Assembly (NCBI RefSeq): GCF_006345805.1
Contig: NC_042998.1
Coordinates: 58,528,001 to 58,592,000, forward strand
Length of the DNA: 64,000 bases
Direction: 5' to 3'
Origin: Octopus sinensis
Taxonomy: Eukaryota
The translations under genes were made by a program, and so were the position numbers. Below the pieces are notes generated by a model that saw only the letters and a program-made list of their open reading frames with translations, was not told where the DNA came from and made no database searches. Positions 24,826 to 39,398 of the stretch are shown in pieces (position 1 is the first letter of the stretch; every line of letters begins with the position of its first letter).

Positions 24826-25133
24826 TGTTGTGTCTGGGGAGAGTCATTTTCTTTTTGTACCTTATAATTTAACACACTCACCGGTAAAATTTCCACTTAT
24901 TTCTTATTTTTATTTTCCTAAAATTTTTGTTGCATCTTGACTACTGAAAGATTATTGGAAAGGTTGCATCTTGACTACTGCAAGATTATTGGAAAGGTTG
25001 TAAGACTATTGAAAATGTTGAAGACACAACGAAAATTTTAGAAAAATAAAAATAAAAAATAAATGGAAATTTTACCAGTGAGTGTGTTAAATTATAAGGC
25101 ACAAAAAGAAAATGACTCTCCCCAAACACAACA
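24826..25133. repeat. ~113-bp inverted arms with an internal 34-bp tandem duplication (non-autonomous DNA-element-like)
   Basis: Arms 24826-24938 and 25021-25133; tgcatcttgactactg(a/c)aagattattggaaaggt x2 at 24931-24998. Confidence 0.85.
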
Positions 25134-26179
25134 GAATTAATTTTTCTTCTTAAATGAACCCAACCCAATCCACCCAAGTCCCTCTACTTATTTACCTGCA
25201 GGTTCTGTATCACGTTATGGGATCATCATGATAATAGCAGTGAAAAGCAACAACTAGTGTAAAGAAATTTTAATGATACAATAAATTGATATTAATTACA
25301 AAACAGAACAAATGAGAAAGGAAACCCTAATGAAGTCAATGAGCAGTTCACAGATATGGCATAGAACAGAGCCAAATATATGGTAAAGAGAGTAGTAGAA
25401 CAGAACAACAATAGATTGCCTTTCCTAGCTTGAGGAATCAGACATTGATTAAATCCTAATAAAGATATAATTATGGTAGCATTTTGCAAATAATTTGTTA
25501 TTTAATGAGTTTATTTCAGTAAATATCTAGCACATTATTATTTCCTGTTTTTTTTTTTGTCTTCTGTCTTTAAATATTTGCCACGAGAAATATACAATTT
25601 CATATTGTTATATTTTCTTTCAAATTCTTTCCTTCTTCTGTCAGGCTGCCAGCTCTATCGGAAACAATTTGGTAATTAAATTTGTGTGATTTTTGATTTT
25701 TTCCTTCTGATTTGATTCTTATCGATATTGTACCGATGTATTAAAGTTGTGTCTTACCTTTTGCCTGCTTGGTTCTCCTAACTTTGTATATTTTATTCTT
25801 AATTTCCCTTCAGACTTTTGTTTGCATGTTATTCTCCCTCTCACTTGTTTGGCTTTCAGTTATTGTTCCTGTAGGACAACATTAAATTTAGGATTTCCAG
25901 ATAAGAATTTGGCATCATAATAGCTGTTACATTATTGTTTTGTCATTTCCTTGTGAAGTTTCTTATTATCATATATTCATTTCAATTAAAAGAATATATT
26001 GTTTATTTTCTTAACTGAATTGTCTTTCTTTGGTATGATTTGATATGTGTTGTTTTATGAAATGTATGTTTGAGTATTAAATTGCAGTTATTTATTAACA
26101 AATATCAATTATCTCTTCATATGATCTATATTTGGCAAAGCTATTAAAATCCTGACAGAGCTAATTTTTTCCATATGTT

Positions 26180-26530
26180 ATCCTATGATGCAACTGGACA
26201 CATCATCAATTATATTTCCAGGGCTCATTAAGTGTTTTGTGTCTTTCAATAATTAGACAGACTTACTCAGGTGATCTGCCAGGTATGATCAAGTTCCAGT
26301 TTGTGTCTAGTAAGCATTAGTCTTGGTGCCACTGCCTCTTCTAGGACTCATACCCACTGATGCATTGCCACCTTGAGATGGCAACCTCTGCTGTGTCCAT
26401 AGCCAACTTGATGGTCTTCTGCCAACTTGGTACCTGTTGATGCCTGGCATGTTGTATGCTCTACAGAACCCTCTGCATTCTACCTGAAAGGGGTCATGCA
26501 TTGCTTGTTACTCAATGCTTCAGCTTAGCT
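26180..26530 (-). mobile_element. Degraded 3' end of a restriction-like-endonuclease non-LTR element (HERO/NeSL-like)
   Basis: Minus-strand peptide PFQVECRGF...SSWLW resembles the P.EVGCRGF...WLW end of HERO-type elements (from recall; degraded). Confidence 0.45.
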
Positions 26531-29463
26531 CCTTTACTGATGAAGAAATAAATTAGAGATACTTATTTTCCAATAATTTTAATTTTACACGATTGGATCT
26601 ACCATACCTATGAGTGAGTATTTATGATACAGAGCCATCAGATCATAGAATTTCTTGTTGTATTTGGTCTACCTAGTTAAACTTCAGTTTATTCATGTGG
26701 TTGGAAACAGGTACCATATACATTGGCATATCAACTGATATTTGGTTATGAACTGGCATTTATTTCTCTGCTGAGTGTAACCTCTCTAATTTGCTTCATT
26801 CCACTGGTTCTCATGAGCCATTTTACATCTTTAGAGAAATTTTCAAAGTTTGAAATCTGATTTTAATATCAAGTTTTCTTTATATTTTCACTGAATTTTC
26901 CTCTAAATATAATTTTCCATTATTGTAAAATAATCACAAAAATCGTTGAAAGTTCTGCTTCAGGCATATCTGATTCTCCAATAAACTGCTGGCCTCTCCA
27001 TTTAAAGGCAATATTAAAATAGTTCTTTTAGTTAGCTCTGATAGTATTTTAGTCATCTATACAATAATTGATCCTTTTTATGCTTTTGGAACCAAATACG
27101 TGGTAGATGGCAATGTAGTATGATATAGATGGTATTTCAATGTCTCATGTAATATGCTCTTTTCTGTTAGTGTTAGAAAATATTTGTCTTTGTAACAATC
27201 CACATAACTTTTATTCTTTTCTTTTTCTACTCCTATTGTAATTTTATCCAATCCTAAATGATTTCCCCTAGTGAAGGCACATGACTGAGTGGTTACAGTA
27301 TTTGGCTCACAATCTCAAGACCATGAGTTCGATTCCCAGTGGCACAATGCATCCTTGAGCAAGACACTTTGTTTCATGTTGCTTCAGTTCACTCAGCTTG
27401 CAAAAACGAGTAGTACCTGTATTTCAAAGGACCAGCCTTGTCAAACTCTGTGTCATGCTGAATCTCCTTGAGAACTATGTAAAGGGCATGCATATTTGCG
27501 GAGTGCTCAGCCACTTGCATGTTAATCTTATGAACAGATTGTTCCATTGATCAGATTAACAATAACCCCAATTGCTATAACTGATGGAGTGCCTGTTAAA
27601 GGATTTCCCTAAAATGTTGTTTCAGACATCCTGCAGTTTTTGTCAACATAATATGCCACCAGTTAAATGTATAGACTGAGGTATTGGCATGGCCATGTGG
27701 TTAAGAAATTTGCTTCACAATTACATGGTTTTAAGTTCAGTCTAGTGCATGGAACCTTGTGCATGTCTCCTTTACCATAGCCCTTGACCAACCAATGCTT
27801 TGTGAATGGATATGGTCAGCAGAAGCTGAAACAAAATGTGTGTGTGTGTGTGAGTGTGTGTGTTTGCGTGCGTGTGTGTGTGCATGCTTGTGCATGCATG
27901 TATATACATATGCACACGTATATATATTTGTGTTTCCTTGTCTTGAAGTTGTGTCCTAATTGCAAACAAATGTTACCAAAATACAAGCAGTGTTGTTCAT
28001 TTGCAATCTCCAATGAAAACATGTCTGGCCACTATACCTGTTCATGTTCAAGGAACTAGGGTAGGAATTGTTTTACTTGGAAGCAGATGAGGATTGGTTG
28101 CTACAAAATATCTGGCTCAATGAATTTCATCTGACCCATTCAGGCTTCAAAAAGTGGACATCACAATGATGATGAAGTTTATAACCTGATGTTCATTTCC
28201 GCAACTACCTATCTGTTTAATCTGCAACTAAAACTTTATAAAATCACATTTTCTCTCTCTTTACAAAATCTCTCCCTTTACAAAAATCTCTTCCTGTACA
28301 AAACTCTACAAAACCACATTTTCCTCTCTCTTATAACTCAGAATTATTGTGCTTTATAAGAAATATTTTAAAGAGGAGTTTTGACAGTAGAACTCTGACA
28401 AAATGTCTTCCAGTATTTTATCTATTATTCCTCCCTGTTTTATATTCAAACCCTATTATAATCAACATTGTCTCTTCTACTTGATGCAAAGCTAAAGGAT
28501 GCTAAATTTGAAATTAGAACTGAAAAGCCTGAAACTAAACACAACAATTGAATTTGCAGAATTATTAGCTCAACTTCCTATGCCAAGTGATAATAACAGC
28601 AACAAAGATATGAATATAATAAGAATAACAATCTGTTCGTGTATGATGGGCTTGAGTTAATGATACCATGATGTCTCAAGGGGGAAAAAAATCGATGGAA
28701 ATATTTTAGCAAATAGCTGTCTCTGTTGGCATCAGTGACATTTTGTGTTTGAATTGAAATAAAGGTTGCCGCTATGATGTATATGCAATAACTGCATCAT
28801 TTGTTGGAGGACAGTGAAATCAGGAAATATACAACAGATAGAGAGAAATTAGATAAATATAATCTGCATGCATTACAATGCAACACTAATTTTAGTGACC
28901 TCAAATATGAATGAGACACAAAAGATATAGAATATGCTATCCCCCAATAAGGATGATGGTAGTGGTGGTGATATGGTGGAGGAATGGTGGGGTAATGTTT
29001 AGACAGGTGTTATGGAATGAAACTGCTGAGCCACAATTTCGATGTTTCTTTACTCCGAAATATAAAACACTGATTAGTGATGTATTTGTTTCTTGTTTTT
29101 CTAATGCCATGCCAGGACATCACCTTGAAAGGTTGCATTGATCCAGTCAACCCCAGTACTTATTAAGTGTTATACTTATTCTACTGGTCCCTTTTTTGTG
29201 TAACCACTGAAACACAGGGACATAAACAAAACAACACAAATTACCATCATTTTAATGTTCATCTTCCTATGCTTGCACTGGGCAGAGGGTATTCATAAAG
29301 GCAGTTTTTGTAAAGTCAGCTGTCCTTCCTAATGCCAATCATAACCTGTTTCCAAGGAAATAATATTTTCTCATGGCTGGACATGTTTTCACAGAAGACT
29401 AGAAATTAAATACATCATATGTATGATGTGATACTCATATTTATCATAAAATGTCTAAAAAAG

Positions 29464-29505
<42 letters not shown>

Positions 29506-31702
29506 ACACACACACACATACACACACACACACACACACATTATATACATATATATATCCCACTACTACACATTCCATATCTTGAGGTGTCACCTGGATC
29601 CCTCATCACCCCTATTTATCTCCTTGGAGATACCATCAATTCATTCTCTCGTTCTCTCCTAAATGTGAATAGCCATGTAGCTCTTCCACAAGAACCTGCT
29701 CTATCCCACCCAACCTCTTCTTTCTTGCCTTAAGCCCCACCTAATATAAGGATGCAAAACTCTCCTTGGGTTTTGTACACTGGCAAGATGCATGGTGACC
29801 TCACCAGTGCCAGTGGAATGAAGAAGAGCATCCAGTGCACATATATGGTAATTTCACGTGCCAAATCTGCATAAAAACATCTTAATATCTTTCACATATG
29901 CACAAACACACTCACACAGAGTAAAAGGTTGGTCAGATACTGTTGTTATAGTTACATTAGACCTGTTGTGATGGGCTTGGATCATTTAATTATAAATCAG
30001 AGCTGTAGCAATACAAAGCTAGGTGGTAAATTATCAGTGTCATTAATGCATCAAATAGAATGCTTCATGTTATGTGTTCTGACTAGCAGTGTTCTGAGTT
30101 CAAATCCTGCTGAGGTCAACTTCTCCTTTCATTCTTACAGAGTCAATAAAAAAAAAAGCAATCCAGGTTAGTGGACTGGCAGAATTGTATAATATTGGAC
30201 TTGATATTTAATGGTATTTGTTCTGGCTCTTTGCATTCTGAGATGGCTTAAAACAGGCAAATAAGAAACAGAGAGATCATATAAATATACAATCTGAATT
30301 CAATTATCTAAATAAGTTAATGTTTTAACAATGATGAAGAATAATCTAGAAATCAATAGACATAGTGTTGCCCTGAGTTGCAATTAAAAAGTAATCAAAA
30401 CTATAGCAGATATACTCTCAGTTAAAGGAGACAAGTCGAGAGGTTTACCAACCATCACCATCAAACATTCATCAATGTTTACCCCTTCCTGTCCATACTT
30501 ATATACAATAGATACAAACACACACACACACATGCACACACACACACACATACACACACACACACACACATTTGTAATTACATATATACGTATTATATAG
30601 GTATGGTTAAAATCCAAGATGCCTTACTGGCACTTGTGCCCGTGCTAGTAGGGTGCCAAGAGCACCATCTGAGCATGATCGTTGCCAGAGCAGCCAACTG
30701 GCTTCCGTGCCAGTGACACGTAAAAGGGCACCATTCAAGCGTGATCGTTCACAAAGTTGCCTTACTGGCACCTGTGCTGGTGGCATGTGTAAAAGGATTT
30801 GAGCGAGGTCGTTGCCAGTACCGCCTGACTGGCCCCCATGCCAGTGGCACATAAAAAGCACCCACTACATTCTCAGAGTGGTTGGTGTTAGGAAAGGTAT
30901 CCAGCTGTAGAAACTCTTCCAGATCAAGATTGGAGCCTGGTGCAGCCATCTAGTTCACCAGCCCTCAGTGAAGATTGTCCAACCCATGCTAGCATGGAAA
31001 GCAGACGTTAAACGATAATGATGATGATGATGATGATGATGAATACTCTTGAAGCACCTCTGCTTATTCCAGTCTTTCAATTCTATATGTACTTATATAT
31101 ATGTGCAGTACATATTAGAGTGGTAAATTCCGGAAATATTGTTCATGGAGTAATTACATATCAAAACAGGGGGCTGGAAGAATTATTGATTTATCGTTAC
31201 ACATGTTTCCTTTTACTAACAGGAATTGCAAAATTGTACATGTAGGTTAAATATGTAAGAAATTTCCTGTTAGAAATTTTTCTGGCAGAAACATTCAAAT
31301 AATCCTATTTCTTTACTACCCACAAGGGGCTAAACACAGAGGAGACAAACAAGGGCAGACAAATGGATTAAGTCAATTATATCAACCCCAGTGCATAACT
31401 GGTACTTAATTTATCAACCTTGAATGGATGAAAGGCAAAGTTGACCTCAGCGGAATTTGAACTAAGAACGTAACGGCAGACGAAATACCGCTAAGCATTT
31501 CGCCCAGTGTGCTAACGTTTCTGCCACCTTTCAAATAATCCAAAATTCAAATCTAAATGAAATGGTCATGTAGATAGTTGGGAGATAGAATAAAGAGCAG
31601 ACTTAGTTGTACAGAAAGGAGAGAAATAATTTCTACTAGCAAATGGAACAAATATAATAGTGAATAGATAATACCAAAAACTTTTTCCAATTTCTTGTTT
31701 TG

Positions 31703-31753
<51 letters not shown>

Positions 31754-31959
31754 CATACATAGACAAGCAGATAGATAGACGTACACAAACATGCTTACAT
31801 TTAGGGATTCTGAAAAGAAAGTGTTATGGAAGGGCTACTAATACAGTCTATTAAATGTGAAGAATGAATGGGAGAAAGGCAGTTTCTTTTATATGAGCTT
31901 AACAGAGTGACCAGCTATCCTAGTTGACAGCAGTATGATAGATAAGTGGAAGTGCAATG

Positions 31960-32335
31960 GCCCAGTGCAAAGGGCAGCGGACTCGCAGTCGTAGGATCGC
32001 GGTTTCGATTCCCAGACCGGGTGTTGTGAGTGTTTATTGAGCAAAAACACCTAAAGCTCCACGAGGCTCTGGCAGGGATGGTGGTGATCCCTGCTGTACT
32101 CTTTCACCACAACTTTCTCTCACTCTTACTTCCTGTTTCTGTTGTACCTGTATTTCAAAGGGCCGGCCTTGTCACTCTCTGTGTCATGCTGAATATCCCC
32201 AAGAACTACGTTAAGAGTACACGTGTCTGTGGAGTGCTCAGCCACTTACACGTTAATTTCACGAGCTGGCTGTTCCGCTGATCGGATCAACCAGAACCCT
32301 TATCGTCGTAACCGACGGAGTGCCTCCATCCATGA
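31960..32335 (+). mobile_element. Well-preserved full-length tRNA-SINE (Ceph-SINE-like)
   Basis: ggcccagtg..agggcagcggactcgcagtcgtaggatcgcggtttcgattcccagacc head, retained CpGs, shared core. Confidence 0.8.
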
Positions 32336-32699
32336 TAAATAAGTCAATTAAAAATAATAAGACAGGGAAAGCCCTTGTTCGTCAAGAGTTATCACTAGGA
32401 TGCTTAAAATATCTGGTAGAGTCAGATACTGTCTAGTTACCAATAGAGCTAATCAGGTTATTCAGGGAGATGTAATCCCTAATGACTGGTGTAGCAGCAT
32501 TATATTCAGCTGCTACAATGATAAGGGAAAATGCCTTAGATTGATGTAATTATAGCAGCATCAAATTGCTGGACCAGGTGATATAAGTTATGGAGAGAGT
32601 TATAGCCCAATTAATTAGGAACAGCATTAGGTTAGATACAGTACCCTAATTATGAAAATAGTGTCAATAGTGCTTCTATAAGGCACAAAGCCAAACTTT

Positions 32700-33115
32700 T
32701 GTTTGGCTTTGTGCCTGAGAGAAGCATTGTCAATGCTCTTTTCATAGTCAAGCAACTACAAGAGAAGTATTTACTTAAGAATAAGCCATTGTATTTGGCA
32801 TTTATTAATCTAGAGAAATCTTTCGACAGATGGCCTCACTCTGAGATATGGTGATCTCTGAGGAAGCTAGAAAGAGATGAATGTCTTGTGAAAGTACAGA
32901 AAGTACAGTGGTGCCATTTGTAAGGCAGGAGTAAGCCATGAGTTCAGTGATGACTTTAGTGTTCAACAAGGTCTAGTTCTCAGATCCCTTCTATTTATTA
33001 TCATCCTCTAGAGTCTAGACCATAACAGAGATATTTAAGACCAGATGTCCATAAGGACTACTATATGTTGATGATCTTGTATTCATAGCAAAATATGTAA
33101 CAGAACTAGAAGAGA
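32700..33115 (+). mobile_element. Degraded RTE RT-domain fragment
   Basis: GFVPERSIVNALFIVKQLQEKYLLKNKPLYLAFINLEKSFDR, with a downstream LYVDDL-like motif (ctatatgttgatgatctt). Confidence 0.8.
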
Positions 33116-33289
33116 AGGACCTCAAAGTTTCAGAATGCACCATCAAAAGAGTTGCACTTGAGGACATCTAGTACAAGTCATATGTGTTGTGGAGGGGTCA
33201 GTTTATGTTGGACATTACAAAAGAGAATCATTCAATCCATGCATAGTGCTTGCCAAATAAGTTAAAACACCAAGAAGCTGGAATGTTTT

Positions 33290-33910
33290 GGTCTTCCTCT
33301 GATAATAAAATCTTTGATTAGGAACAAAAGATAATCTGAGGAATGAGAGATGGTTATGCAGAGACCCAAATGGGGTTCCAACAGCTATGCATACAAAGTC
33401 CCAGTAATGGTGATGGTTCTGAGAGTTTCAGCAACAAGGGAGATATCATGCCTCCTCACTTTTCTTTCACAGGGTTTAAGAGTCAGGGTTGTTGTCTACA
33501 CAGAAGTTTTGGAGAAACTTGTGAAGCCCTGGATAGACGGAGTATGCAATAGAAGACTGTGCATCATTCAACAAGACTCAGTGCTATCTCATAAAGCTAG
33601 GACAACCCAAGTATGGATACATGCCAATCTCCATGATCATGTTCCCACAGACACATAGCCTCTTAACTTACCAGACCTCAATCCACTGGACCAATAAATA
33701 TGAAGTATAGTTGAGAGAGAGTCAATTAACATCCCATAACACTACACAATCTCTCAAGTCCACCATAACCAGTGATAAGTCCAAAATTGATAAAGGATCA
33801 TTCAAACTGAACATGTCAACATTTCCAATTCTGTACTGAAGCAGTCATTGATGCTAATGATGGACTCATTTAATAGGTGTGATAAAAGGATTCACAAGGT
33901 CATCTGTACC
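33290..33910 (+). mobile_element. Tc1/mariner-superfamily transposase relic (catalytic region, maT/DD37D-like)
   Basis: VMVL..SN.GDIMPPHF..QGLRV....EVLEKLVKPWIDGVC....IQQDS..SHKARTTQ.W, then a P..PDLNPLD-like segment; stops and frameshifts; ends tcacaaggtcatctgta. Confidence 0.7.
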
Positions 33911-34451
33911 AATTTGTTTCCTAATACAGCTTTTCTTTAATCAGCTAGGCATTGTTTTCTGAATTAATACAAATGACCTCTGATGTGCTCTATATATATG
34001 TATATAAGTATATAAGAATTTTTTGTGTAATGAGCTAAAAAAAACTAAGGCTGTATAGATATTAGAACATTTATATATATAAGGTTTTATAGCAGTTTCC
34101 TGGGTATTTATTAATTATATCCCTTCATCGGAGATGGTGTGAGAGGATGGTTAAGTAATAGTTAATTTAGGTAGGATACAAAATAGAGAGTGAGGTGGAG
34201 GAAAGAAAATAGATGTTAGATATGTAGGGATATTGAAGCTGTAGATCCATTTTTTAGGCAGAATGGTATATATGTAAGATTCCAACATGTGTTTCTACAT
34301 ATGCGTATGTATATGTACATATACATATGTATATATATATATGTGTGTGTGTGTGTATATATGTATATGTTTGTGTGCACATGTATGTGTGCATGCGTGT
34401 ATGTGCACATCCATGTGTAGACATGTGTGAGTGTACTTGTGTTTATATATA

Positions 34452-34490
<39 letters not shown>

Positions 34491-35029
34491 TATTTTCCTT
34501 TGAAGCTGAAGTTTTTTTCCATTACATTAACGATATTATGTGCCATATGTCAAAGTAAGGATATCTTGGTGTAGTGACAAGGAATCTTTAGCTAGATATA
34601 ATTAAACAAATAAATAATATTTCTTGTATTACGATTCCCCTACCACATTTGTACAGCTGAGAAATAAGGTATTTATTTGCAACTAAGGCTGAAGAGGCTA
34701 TGATGCCAGACCTGGGAGTATATGATCTCACAAGTAGTTAACACAGAATTAAGAAGGGAGGAAGGGATGTACACCTATATAACTCTTGACATGATGAGTT
34801 GAAGCAATGATGCTGCTGCTGCTGCTGGTGATATTGATGATGTTTGTGATGATAAGAATGATTATTATAATATATATGTGCATGTATCTTTGTATAGGTG
34901 TGTGCATGAGCACATGTCAAGTATTGTTGACTAAGCAGCAAGGAACAGATCACTTCTATTTCAAGGTTATTTCATTTCATTTATAACACTAATGACAGTG
35001 AAATGCATAAATGTCAAAATATCTTACTT

Positions 35030-35330
35030 TTACTCAGCACTCTGAGAGCTTATGACTTAAGAAAAATTGAGGAATTAGATGCAGTGTGCTAGAGAGAAAA
35101 ACTGCACTGGTTTGGTAATATGATGCATATCGATGAGTACAGTTGCATAAAGAAGTGCTGATCACTTAAAATAGATGGAAGATGTGAAAGAGGGAGACCC
35201 AGAAAGATATGAGTTGAAGTATTGAAGGCTGATCTCAAAACATTGAGCCTTATGAAGGAGATGGTGAAAGACTGAGATATCTAGTGCTTTGCCCATCCAC
35301 CATAGCATAGCTGATATCCTAGAAGCACCC
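35030..35330 (+). mobile_element. Degraded RTE ORF2 C-terminal fragment
   Basis: RGIRCSVLERKLHWFG....DE..CIKKC..L..DG.CERGRPRK, paralogous to 8217-8465. Confidence 0.7.
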
Positions 35331-36676
35331 TGGTAATGCTTGTCCATGAAGGATTCCACCCCATCAACCTTCCCCCCACCCATATTTCATCCCCTATTAT
35401 TCATCAGTTCCTCTATCACTTGAGAGTAGTGCAGGCACCTTTACCTTTACTCCCTACCGCCAGTTATCTTCTCTCACCTACTGTCTCCACCAGTCACCTC
35501 CTTTCTCCACCTTCTCTCCCCTTCCTGCTCTCCTCTCTATCATCAATACCTCACTTACTTGCAATCACTTTCAATACCCTCCATCCTCAATGTCCTCCCA
35601 TATCTCCTGTCCCCAAGCCTCTCCTATATTTCTCTCCATCATTTTCTACAGTTACCTCATCCTGTCCACTCACCCAACCCAAGCCTTTATATCACCTCAC
35701 CTATTCTCACCACCCCTAATATCCTATGAGGGCATGTGCCAACACATCTCTGCCATCATCTCTCACTATCATTTTATCTTACTCTCCAACTCACTTTCCT
35801 TTGTTTTCCAACTGGGTTATCCCTCTATCTACTCTACAACAAGCAGTGCTGGATTAACCATTAAGCAAAATATGAACATGCTTAGGGCATAAAGGGACAG
35901 GAGCACCACAGAAATGAAAATGGTTTACAGCATGAAAGAAAGCACTTTTAACTTGCTAAAGTAATGCTTGTAATGCCTTATCTCGACTAAGTATAGGAGC
36001 AGAAGTTTTACTTAAAATTAATTTTAACGATATCATTGGAGACTTTGCAATTAAGAAAAAAAAAACTTTTCAAATATAAATAAAGTAGAAGCATACAAAA
36101 ATAAACATTATTTTCCATCTTACTGTTAGTTTTGATTCAGTTTGAAAAAATAAGAATTTATTTTATGGTTTATAATTGTTTACATTTTGAATTATTTTTG
36201 TTTACATTTTGAACCATTTACATATACTTGAGAGCACCAAAACCTTTTAAATGTTTAGGGCCTCAATGGACCTTAATCTGGCCCTGACAACACGACCATC
36301 TGTACTTTAAATTTCTTAAATGGCACAAAGCTACACCCCCTCAATACTACTTCTCCTCCTCCCAGTTGAAGGATTTTTGTCTTGCAAGGTACTTGATGAC
36401 CCTTCCAGTGCTGGTGCTGCATAAAAAGCACTGGTGCTGGAGCCATGTAAAAAGTACCCAATCTACTCTGTAAAAGAGTTGGCATTAGGAAGGGCATCCA
36501 GCTGTTGAAACCATGCAAAATAGACTACAGAACCTGGTGCAGTTCCTTGCCAGTTTCTGTCAAACCATCCAACCCATGCCAGCAGACATTAAATGATGAT
36601 GATAGTTACATATAATGATTAGGCTTCTGTTGGGTTAAAAATGGTGCTATGAAGACCATGTAATTGTCCATGTACA

Positions 36677-36740
<64 letters not shown>

Positions 36741-39000
36741 CTCTATCTCTCTCTCTCTCTCTTTCTCTCTCTTTGCCCCCACTACTGACTATTTATCACT
36801 AGCAGCCATGACAGCTTTGATAGTTATTCAACCACCACACTTCAGACATCCTTTCCCAGGTATGTATATACATAACCATGATGGCTGCTTTGCAAAAGTT
36901 TTAAATATCACAAGCTTTTACAAATTACCAGAGACAAAATCAAAATTGAAATCAAATTCGATGACTGGCATCCGTGCTAGTGGGGAGCTAAGTGCACTAT
37001 CCAAGTGTGATTGTTGCCAGAGCAGGCTTCCATGCCGGTGGCACGTAAAAGGCACCATTCAAGTGTAATCATTACCAGCGTCGCCTTACTGGCACTTGTG
37101 CTGGTGACACGTGAAAAAACATTCAAGTGAGGTCGTTGCCAGTACCGCCTGACTGGCCCCCATGCTGTGGCACATAAAAGCACCCACTACCCTCTCGGAG
37201 TGGTTGGTGTTAGGAAGGGCATCCAGCTGTAGAAACTCTGCCAGATCAAGATTGGAACCTGATGCAGCCATCTGGCTTGCCAGTCCTCAGTCAAATCGTC
37301 CAGCTCATGCTAGCATGGAAAGCAGATGTTAAATGATGATGATGATGATTCTCAAGAAGCTGCTAGGATTTCTTACCAGCAACAACATCTCAAGTCAGTT
37401 ATAGTTTTTGCAGTTGCCTTAACTCCTGTGAGTTACAGTTCCTGAAGTAGCTAATAAAAAGATGCTGAGGATACCAAGCAAACAAACAATTACTTTCACT
37501 GTTGCTATGCAGTGTAATTTCTTTTAGGAATTACTCTAATTAATCCTGGATTCTAGCAAGTGCCTATAACACAGGATAGTGATATAATAATACAAAACTG
37601 AGGTGTTTAACTTTGAGAGAGTATGTACCAACATATCTAATAGCAACAACCTTGCTAAATGACCATATGAGAAAGTATGGTTCTAAGCAGAGAGAACAAT
37701 TATAAACATACCCCAGCTCTTTTGAAAGGCAGATCAAGTAATGTGTTTATACCTTTAGACATATAACAACATCTGTAATAGACATGAAAATCATAATGCA
37801 TAAGCTGGTTATATTATATATTATCCGCTGAACTTGATATCATTGAGTTATTTTATCTGTTAACCATTTATATCTATTTCCTGCGTAAGAAGAAATAATA
37901 TAGATTATGCAAATTTTGACATTTGCATATTTTCCTTTAGAGTAAATATTCTTTCATAGCTAGATGCTTCTCTTTACCACTAATCAGTTTGCTATAAAAT
38001 AAGAGGAGGGGTGACCATTGGCAGTAAGCTAGTGTGAGGTAAATAGACTTATTATGTATCTTCCCTAGAGTCACTGCATACTGGTTATAGAAAAATTGAA
38101 TGTATTGACAATACATTCAGAAATCCAAAACCTTAACATCACAGCCACCATACGTCATAAATATTGAACTGTTCCTCGGGGGAGAAGAAAAATTCACACA
38201 ATATAAAACATTAAAAAAATATATGTATCAAAATGAAGATTTTTTTTACTTATCTTATATTGTATTACTTTTGAGGAAAGCCGACAATATCTAATAAACA
38301 AAGCAACGCAGTTTATCTAATATTTTGAAACGTATTTTCACTGATAACATTCCTATTATATTAACTGTCAATAATGGCACCATCAAGATCTAGGTGTGAA
38401 ATGTGAAAGCATTTCAATGCTCAAAGTAAATCTATTGACATACGACACACTTTAGTTGACCCATCCACTGAATACAAGAGAAATTGCTTGAAAATCAGAA
38501 AAACCTAATTAGAACTGAATCACAATTCCCAGAATGATTATTACTGCTACTGTTAGTTTTCAAGTGTTCTTTTGATTTATCAGGATATATCATTGTAAAG
38601 CAATTATCAATGTTTAATTGAAGAATCAAGTCTTTATGACAGAGTACTGTTAGGACACTGAACCATTCATATCAAAACAAATATGACTACCTACATCGCC
38701 ACCATTATCGTTTTTATCATTTTAATGTAATTTTCATCTCATGTTGGCAAACATAGGATGAGTTTCAGTTTCTCCAACACCTTTCCAAATATGTTACTAT
38801 TCTGTGTCATTTCATCTGTGAGTTCCAATATCTTCATTCGATCAAAACACCACTTACCCCAGTTATTCTAATCTTCCTCGACCCTCATTACTATTCCTTT
38901 AAAACTTATAGCCTCGTTTCATTATACATAATATCCTCATAATCATATAACTAATATTCTTGTATTATAGCATAGCATTAACATTTATTGTCAGAACATA

Positions 39001-39398
39001 TACTCTTTTACTCTTTTACTTGTTTCAGTCATTTGACTGCAGCCATGCTGGAGCACCGCCTTCAGTAAAGCAAATCAACCCCAGGACATATTCTTTGTAA
39101 GCCTAGTACTTACTCTATCGGTCTCTTTTGCCGAACCACTAAGTTATGGGGACATAAACACACCAGCATCGGTTGTTAAGTGATTTTGGGGGGACAAACA
39201 CAGACACACAAATACTAACACACACACGCACACACAAACATATACATGTACATATATACGACGGGCTTCTTTCAGTTTCTGTTTACCAAATCCACTCACA
39301 AGGCTTTGGTCGGCTCAAGGCAATAGCAGATGACACTTGCCCAAGGTGCCATGCAATGGGACTGAACCCGGAACCATGTGGTTGGTAAGCCAGTTACT
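39001..39398 (-). mobile_element. Full-length tRNA-SINE of the family split at 911/7665 (others at ~10890-11290, 43620-43990, 44890-45150, 56890-57342, 62200-62520)
   Basis: (tactcttt)n tail, body, internal CA/TA microsatellite and head, in reverse orientation. Confidence 0.85.

Noticed and set aside
25201-25262. Possible exon after ttacctgcag
   Set aside because: Stops in all three frames before any donor.
31205-31250. Micro-exon after ttttactaacag
   Set aside because: No phase combination fits the flanking PLC exons.
31960-32020. tRNA genes (also at 61468 and 52290)
   Set aside because: No complete acceptor stem; each continues into SINE bodies.
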